Positions 43,746 to 48,606 of a stretch of 48,606 nucleotides of DNA are shown here, piece by piece; position 1 is the stretch's first letter, and every line of letters begins with the position of its first letter. The position numbers and the translations under genes were made by a program. Source of the DNA: Chloroflexia bacterium (GTDB taxonomy: Bacteria > Chloroflexota > Chloroflexia > QHBQ01 > JADMIH01). The stretch is taken from NCBI GenBank assembly GCA_034667185.1, contig JAXDKH010000149.1, positions 1 through 48,606 on the forward strand. The letters are read 5' to 3'. A model generated the notes under the pieces. It made no database searches and had not been told where the DNA came from. It saw nothing but the letters and a program-made list of their open reading frames with translations.

Positions 43746-43859
43746 GAGAAACGTGAAACGTGAAGCGGTATAAGTACCTGTGTGCGTGTTGACGTACCAG
43801 GCCGGGAAGCCTCATCACGTTTCACGTTTCACGTTTCACGTTTCAGAACCCCGTTTCAG
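43746..43859. repeat. Heptamer-periodic hairpin element (GAAACGT x2 / CACGTTT x4), copy G
   Basis: A perfect 17-bp stem pairs 43748-43764 with 43821-43837, or with the register shifted by 7 nt. Four perfect tandem CACGTTT units occupy 43816-43843. The element lies between stop 43738 and start 43871. Confidence 0.85.
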
Positions 43860-43870
43860 AAAGGGAAGTC

Positions 43871-46252
43871 TTGCACTTTTTGAAATCTACAACGGAGGGT
43901 AGGGCCAGGAGAGGGCTTTACCTGGCACTGGTCATGTTGCTGCTGGGCTGGTGGCTGTACGCGCCATCGCCTGCGCTTGCGCATGCCCGCCTGCTGAAGA
44001 GCACCCCGACCGCGGGCGCGCTGCTCGACTCGCCGCCTGAAAAGGTGGAGCTTTCGTTCAGCGAGGGCGTGAGCCTGGAGTTCAGTTCCATCAAGCTGTT
44101 GGACCGCTCACGCAAGGAACTGGCTATGGGCGCGCTCGGGCATGAGGGGCAGGACGCGACCTACGTGGCGGCGACCCTTCCCAGGGACCTTACGCCCGGC
44201 ACCTACACAATCGTCTGGCGGGTACTGTCGGCGGCGGACGGGCACGTCACGGCGGGCAACCTGGCCTTCAGGGTGCGCCCGCCCGCAGGTTCGCAAGCTA
44301 CCCCTGTGCCCGGAGAGAGCACCGAGGCCCCGCCGGAGTCGGGGGAAGTGGTGCAAGACTCGCCCCTGGAAGGCAGCAGCGAAAGCCCCGACCCATTCAG
44401 GTGGCTCATTCGCGCCCTGCTCCTTGCAAGCACTGCCCTGCTGGTGGGTGGAGCCATTTTCTCCGCGGTCGTGGTACGGCCCACCCTCGCGAACGACGAG
44501 AAGGGTCCGGCGCTGCTCCCGCTGCTGAGGCGCAGACTTGGAAGGTTCGGCGCGATCTCGGCGGCAATCCTCCTTCTCGCGCTGGCCTCGGACCTGGTCT
44601 TGCAAATCGGCAGCATAGTGGGCGGCGGGCTGGGCACGGGTCTGCAAAACCTGGGACTGGCGGGCACCCTCATCACGACTACCGGCTACGGATACGCGTG
44701 GACCGTCAAAGTTGTGTCGGCAGGGGCGTTGCTCTTCATCATGCTGGTAGCGTGGCGCAGCGAGCAAGCATGGCAAGCCAGGACGGCGCTTCCCATCTGG
44801 TCTACCTCTGCCCTGGCCGGTATCGGGTTGGCGCTGGGAGAGGCGTTGAGTAGCCACGCCGCGGCTTCGGGTAGCGCCAATTCGGCTGCATCCGGCAATG
44901 GCCTCGTGTACGGGGGCTTCCTCCCGCTGCCCTTGCTGAGCGACTGGGTGCACCTGGCGGCGGCCTTTACCTGGGCAGGCGGCCTGGGCTACCTGGCGCT
45001 GGTGCTCTATCCCGGCTTCCGCAGCCTCGGCATGTCGCGCGAGGAGCAGAGGGCGCTGCTGGCACGGGCTATCCCACGCTTCTCCAGGCTGGCGATAACC
45101 AGCGTGGCGGTGCTGGCGGTCACCGGCACTTACAACGCGCTGGTACATACCACCGACCTGGGAGCGTTCGTCTCCACCACCTACGGGCAGGTGTTGATAA
45201 TTAAGATCGTCCTGTTCGCCTTCCTGGTGGCGCTGGGAGCCGTCAACCTGCTCAGGCTGACACCCCTGCTTAGACGGCAGGAGCAGGTAGCCACACCCGG
45301 TGCGCAGACCGGCCTGGCGAGCCATGCCGACCCGGCGCGTAGTCTGCGGGGCACGGTGCGCGCAGAAGTGGTGCTGGCGGTGGGGGCGTTAATCTGCGCC
45401 GCGGGCCTCAGCCTGTTGCCGCCACCGAGCGAAGGCGGGGGAGCTTACGCTGCTACCGCTGGTAGTCCCACTACGACGGCCACTGTTCTGGCAGTGGGCA
45501 CTCCCGTAGTTGAGCCGACCGCCACGGAAGTCGCCCCCTTGTCCGCCTCCGCGCAGGTCTCGGTACCGGGCTACCGTGTTGAGCTGGGTGTGATCTCTTC
45601 TTTTGAGGGCGACGTAGTGACAGCCACACTGAAGAGAGTAGACCCGGCTGCCGCGCCACTGACCGACGTGCGCAAGGTGCTCATCAAAGTAACGCCGCAG
45701 GATGTGGACGGGGGCAGCACTGCGCTCGAAGCCACGTCTGGCCCTCACGTGGACGCGGATACGCAGGTGTGGAAGGCGAGCGAGACGATACTGACCCTGG
45801 ATGGCGGCTATCTTGTGACCGTAATCGCACAACGCACCGAGGCACCCGACCTGAAGGCCGCTTTCCGCCTCGACCTGTCGCAGGACACGGGACTTGTGGC
45901 GCGACCCTCCGATGTGCTGGAGATACGCCTCGACACGGTGCCCAGCCCGCCCATCAGCGGCACCGCCACACTGAAATTGATGCTGGTGGATGGCACGGGA
46001 GCCCCCGTTGATAACGCCACCATCACGGTCAGCCCGCTGATGCCCGCCCACGGCCACATTGAGCCTACTGATGTGGCGAAGCCCGTGCCCGGCCAGCCGG
46101 GGGCGTACACAATGCCTGTCAATTTCCAGATGGGCGGTGGATGGCTTATCATATTCAACGTGGAACGCCCAAGCCACGACCCGCTCAAGATAGACGCCAG
46201 CCTGGACGTGATAGACCCCAATGCAACACCGACGCCGGAGAAGAAAGAGTAA
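43871..46252 (+). CDS. CopC-CopD fusion copper-resistance protein with C-terminal YtkA/FixH-like domains
   Basis: TTG start. The signal peptide ends ALA-HARLLKSTP, a CopC N-terminal His. YTIVWRVLSAADGHVTAG is CopC-like. About 8 TM helices of CopD type follow. The C-terminus has SPLMPAHGHIEP...MPVNFQMGGGW. Confidence 0.8.
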   Translation: MHFLKSTTEGRARRGLYLALVMLLLGWWLYAPSPALAHARLLKSTPTAGALLDSPPEKVELSFSEGVSLEFSSIKLLDRSRKELAMGALGHEGQDATYVAATLPRDLTPGTYTIVWRVLSAADGHVTAGNLAFRVRPPAGSQATPVPGESTEAPPESGEVVQDSPLEGSSESPDPFRWLIRALLLASTALLVGGAIFSAVVVRPTLANDEKGPALLPLLRRRLGRFGAISAAILLLALASDLVLQIGSIVGGGLGTGLQNLGLAGTLITTTGYGYAWTVKVVSAGALLFIMLVAWRSEQAWQARTALPIWSTSALAGIGLALGEALSSHAAASGSANSAASGNGLVYGGFLPLPLLSDWVHLAAAFTWAGGLGYLALVLYPGFRSLGMSREEQRALLARAIPRFSRLAITSVAVLAVTGTYNALVHTTDLGAFVSTTYGQVLIIKIVLFAFLVALGAVNLLRLTPLLRRQEQVATPGAQTGLASHADPARSLRGTVRAEVVLAVGALICAAGLSLLPPPSEGGGAYAATAGSPTTTATVLAVGTPVVEPTATEVAPLSASAQVSVPGYRVELGVISSFEGDVVTATLKRVDPAAAPLTDVRKVLIKVTPQDVDGGSTALEATSGPHVDADTQVWKASETILTLDGGYLVTVIAQRTEAPDLKAAFRLDLSQDTGLVARPSDVLEIRLDTVPSPPISGTATLKLMLVDGTGAPVDNATITVSPLMPAHGHIEPTDVAKPVPGQPGAYTMPVNFQMGGGWLIIFNVERPSHDPLKIDASLDVIDPNATPTPEKKE

Positions 46253-46303
46253 CGATGGACGATGGACGATGATAGGAATTGCTACTGACCATCGTCTATC
46301 GTC
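46253..46303. repeat. Heptamer-periodic hairpin element (GATGGAC type), copy H
   Basis: CGATGGACGATGGACGATGATAGG (46253-46276) pairs imperfectly (13 of 15) with CCATCGTCTATCGTC (46289-46303). The element fills the gap between stop 46252 and the SD at 46306-46313. Confidence 0.75.
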
Positions 46304-46318
46304 ACAGGAGAGGATTTC

Positions 46319-47353
46319 ATGGCAAGAATAACTCGCACGAAGATAATAGCGGTCCTAGCGCTGCTGGTGCTTTCGGTAGTAGCTGCGGCTTGTCTGCCCA
46401 CGCAGCAGCGGGAGGAGACTGCCGCGGAGGCTGCGGTCAAGAGCAGGCAGACGCCACAGGGCCGCATCGTCACTGCCGACCAGGCTTCCAACACGCTTAC
46501 GCTGGTGGACGTTGCTACCAACGAGGCATATGGGACTGTCAAAACGGGGCAGCAGCCTCACCACGTGGTAGCTTCGCCGGACGGCAAGGAGCTATGGGTG
46601 TCACTGTATGGCGAGAACCGCCTGCAGGTATTTGACGCCGCGAACCTGAGCGAAATCGCCTCGGTGGACGTGGGCGCGAGTAACGACGACCTGGTGTTCG
46701 ACCCCTCCGGCAAGATGCTCTACGTGTCGCTGGGCAGCACGGACGGGGTAGCGGTTGTGGACGTGGCCGCCCGCAAGATGGTCAAGACGGTCAAGGTGGG
46801 CAAGACTCCCCACGGCGTGCGGACCTCCCCTGATGGCAGCCTCATGGTCGTCACAAACACGGCGGACAACACCATCTCGGTGCTGTCCCTCCAGCCCCAG
46901 GCTGAAGTCAAAACCAGCATCAAAACCGGCCCGAATCCGTTTGAGGTATATATCAGCGATGACAGCAAGACCGCTTACGTGAGCAACTTCCTGGGCGACT
47001 CTATCTCCATAGTTGACCTCGCCGCCAGCAAGCAGACCGGCCTCATCAGGAGTGGCAAGCAACCCGCCATGCTTATCCTGCAGGGCGGCACGGGCAGTCA
47101 GAAGCTATGGGTCGCCAACACCGGGTCCGCGGAGGTGTGGGCGGTCGACCCCGCCACGCGCAAGCTAATCACGCGCGTTCCCGTGGGTAAAGGCGCGCAT
47201 GGCGTGGTAGCCACTCCTTCGGGCAAGCTGTTCGTCACCAACTCCACCGACAACACGCTCTCGGTAGTGGATAGCAACACCAACCAGGTGACTGCGACAT
47301 TGCAGGTGGGCAACAACCCCAACGGCCTCACTTACGTGCCCAACGCACAGTAG
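46319..47353 (+). CDS. YVTN/YncE-like beta-propeller repeat lipoprotein
   Basis: Lipoprotein-type signal (LLVLSVVAAAC). Repeated units read LYVSL/AYVSN/LFVTN...ISVVD/LSVVD...V.VG..P.G. Confidence 0.8.
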   Translation: MARITRTKIIAVLALLVLSVVAAACLPTQQREETAAEAAVKSRQTPQGRIVTADQASNTLTLVDVATNEAYGTVKTGQQPHHVVASPDGKELWVSLYGENRLQVFDAANLSEIASVDVGASNDDLVFDPSGKMLYVSLGSTDGVAVVDVAARKMVKTVKVGKTPHGVRTSPDGSLMVVTNTADNTISVLSLQPQAEVKTSIKTGPNPFEVYISDDSKTAYVSNFLGDSISIVDLAASKQTGLIRSGKQPAMLILQGGTGSQKLWVANTGSAEVWAVDPATRKLITRVPVGKGAHGVVATPSGKLFVTNSTDNTLSVVDSNTNQVTATLQVGNNPNGLTYVPNAQ

Positions 47354-47389
47354 GTATAATACCCGCATGGCAAACAGGACCCGTAAGGC

Positions 47390-47806
47390 ATGAGAGTGCG
47401 GCGACTGCTGCTGTTTATACTCGTCGCTGTAAACCTGACAATAGTGTGCCAGGGGCATGCGGACGGCAGCGGCCATACCGGTGTGCACCTCGCGCTGCTG
47501 GGTGAGCCGCACATGGAGGATGAGCTAGTCGACAGGTCTGCGGCGTCCACGGGTGCAGAAGCAGAGCACGAGACACGCCCCACAAACGTGCCGGTACAGG
47601 AAGCAGGCCGCAATAGCGATCCTACCCTGCTGAGTGAGGGCAGCCACGTTACCAGCCTGAGCATACTGGCCGTGGCGCTCCTGATTATCTTTGCCGGACC
47701 CCTCAAAACATTCAGTCTGTACACGTTGAGCGGCGTTACCTGGGGTTCGAGGTCCACGAAGCCGCCGGAGCCACCACCTCCCCGCCTGGCCCATGTGACG
47801 GCGTAA
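47390..47806 (+). CDS. Hypothetical membrane protein with His-rich N-terminal region
   Basis: Signal-like N-terminus, then GHADGSGHTGVH and one TM (LSILAVALLIIFAGPL). It sits in the cop-cluster context. No family recognised. Confidence 0.4.
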   Translation: MRVRRLLLFILVAVNLTIVCQGHADGSGHTGVHLALLGEPHMEDELVDRSAASTGAEAEHETRPTNVPVQEAGRNSDPTLLSEGSHVTSLSILAVALLIIFAGPLKTFSLYTLSGVTWGSRSTKPPEPPPPRLAHVTA

Positions 47807-47854
47807 CATCCTTACCTAACACTTACTATCCAACAAACAGGAGAGTACCCACAC

Positions 47855-48445
47855 ATGGAATCAACTATCTCAAAGAGGGCTAGTGGCCTGTTCTACCGGG
47901 CGTGCATGGTGATGGCAGCGCTACTGCTCGTGGCTGCCGTTGGCCCAAGCATTGCCCTCGCACACGCCAAACTGCAGAGTTCGGCCCCAGCGGACGGGGC
48001 AACCGTAACTTCCGGCCTCACCCAGGTGACATTGGCGTTCAGCGAGGAGTTAAGCGTCGATCAGTCGAACGCCCAACTGGCTTCGGCCAACGGCAGCCCG
48101 GTGACGGGAGCGACCTCGGCGGTGGACCGTGCCAACCGCAACAACATGACCATCACCACTCCCGCGCTGGCTGATGGCAAATATACCGTCGCCTGGCGGG
48201 CCGTCACAGAGGACGACAACGGCATCACCAACGGCACCTTCAGCTTCACGGTGGGCAGCGCCGATGGTGGAGGGGCTACCACAGGTGGGACAACCAACAG
48301 CGGCGATAACGCGAGCAGTGGTGGGGGCTCTTCCCTTCCCGCCACGGGTTCTGGCGAGAGCATGCTGCTAACGTTTATTGGCCTTGTCCTGACAGCCCTG
48401 CTGCTTGTGACAGGCACATTGGCAAAGCGACTAACAAAGGCATAG
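47855..48445 (+). CDS. CopC-domain protein with LPXTG-type sortase anchor
   Basis: The signal peptide ends ALA-HAKLQSSAP. KYTVAWRAVTEDDNGITNG is CopC-like. A Gly/Ser/Thr linker precedes LPATG, a hydrophobic segment and a KRLTKA tail. Confidence 0.8.
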   Translation: MESTISKRASGLFYRACMVMAALLLVAAVGPSIALAHAKLQSSAPADGATVTSGLTQVTLAFSEELSVDQSNAQLASANGSPVTGATSAVDRANRNNMTITTPALADGKYTVAWRAVTEDDNGITNGTFSFTVGSADGGGATTGGTTNSGDNASSGGGSSLPATGSGESMLLTFIGLVLTALLLVTGTLAKRLTKA

Positions 48446-48511
48446 CCCGTAGGTAGAATTGCACCGCAGGCATGCATAAACACACGTAAGAAGAAAGGAT
48501 GGCATGAGTAG

Positions 48512-48545
48512 GGGGAGCATCGTACAGCACGATGCTCCCCTTGTT
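48512..48545 (+). terminator. Intrinsic terminator after the LPXTG-CopC gene
   Basis: A perfect 12-bp stem pairs GGGGAGCATCGT (48512-48523) with ACGATGCTCCCC (48529-48540). The loop is ACAGC, followed by TTGTT. Confidence 0.6.
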
Positions 48546-48606
48546 AGAACACGCTCAATTCTTCTCTGCGTAACCTCCGCGTCCTCTGCGCCTCTGCGGT
48601 GAACAA
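48546..48606. repeat. Partial heptamer-family element (CCTCTGCG type), cut by the window edge, copy I
   Basis: AGAACACGCTCAATTCTTCTCTGCG...TCCTCTGCGCCTCTGCG resembles AGAACCACACGTTAATCTTCTTTGCGCGTTCTTTGCGCCTTTGCG at 42073-42117. Confidence 0.45.

Noticed and set aside
44108-45325. Long antisense ORFs opposite real genes. Examples are 44108-45325 (-, 405 aa), 29614-30876 (+, 420 aa), 45389-46177 (-), 337-1011 (+), 1738-2460 (+) and 11788-12414 (+).
   Set aside because: These are typical shadow ORFs of high-GC DNA. They have Arg/Pro/His/Gly-rich, low-complexity translations, no motifs and no SD. Each fully overlaps a gene with clear family signatures on the other strand.
2288-48606. Whether the short tandem repeats could be degenerate CRISPR arrays.
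   Set aside because: The repeat unit is 7 nt with no spacers. Arrays are 2-6 units arranged as inverted arms, and no cas genes are present. This does not fit CRISPR architecture.
1-48606. Search by eye for tRNA, rRNA, riboswitch, transposase, integrase, toxin-antitoxin or known defence-system genes.
   Set aside because: Nothing was recognisable. Intergenic regions are short and mostly occupied by the repeat elements, and all long ORFs have metabolic or envelope assignments or are small orphans. A proper tRNAscan, Infernal or defence-finder run would still be needed to exclude them.

Overview
High-GC bacterial chromosomal window. Spot counts give about 63-70% GC in most genes. The gene content suggests a Chloroflexota-like monoderm (DUF4367 anti-sigma, LPXTG-anchored CopC, F420-type LLM), but that is inference only.

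About 40 protein genes are supportable:
- Left edge: CCA-adding enzyme fragment, yggS and pgeF. Then an acidic orphan, a membrane-fused spermidine-synthase-like protein, a glycine-tailed RRM RNA-binding protein and an orphan LivJ-type lipoprotein.
- 6983-25516: a 13-gene, single-strand, Wzx/Wzy-type polysaccharide locus of about 18.5 kb. It holds an initiating phosphotransferase, 8 glycosyltransferases, a methyltransferase, an acetyltransferase, a flippase, a polymerase-like protein and a 978-aa GT-C-like protein with a CBM-like insert.
- glcDEF plus a class-V aminotransferase.
- A divergent xylose-isomerase-like / xylulokinase / SDR / DUF4432 sugar cluster.
- Two paralogous small Gly-rich proteins, a second GT-C-like membrane protein, an ECF sigma/anti-sigma pair, an LLM oxidoreductase and a TolB-like protein.
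- A copper cluster: CopC-CopD fusion, YVTN propeller, His-rich membrane ORF and LPXTG-CopC.

I found no rRNA, tRNA, CRISPR, transposase, integrase or recognisable defence genes, so I cannot point to a novel protein-encoded system.

The most unusual signal is non-coding. (1) A superfamily of AT-rich hairpins has arms made of tandem heptanucleotides. They fill stop-to-SD gaps, and in two places they have become coding sequence. (2) A MITE-like inverted-repeat family (GTCATTYCGAAYGCAGTGAGRAATC) has conserved ends and unrelated centres. Its termini look like outward-facing -35 / TG elements.

All functional calls come from motif recognition by eye. No searches were run.
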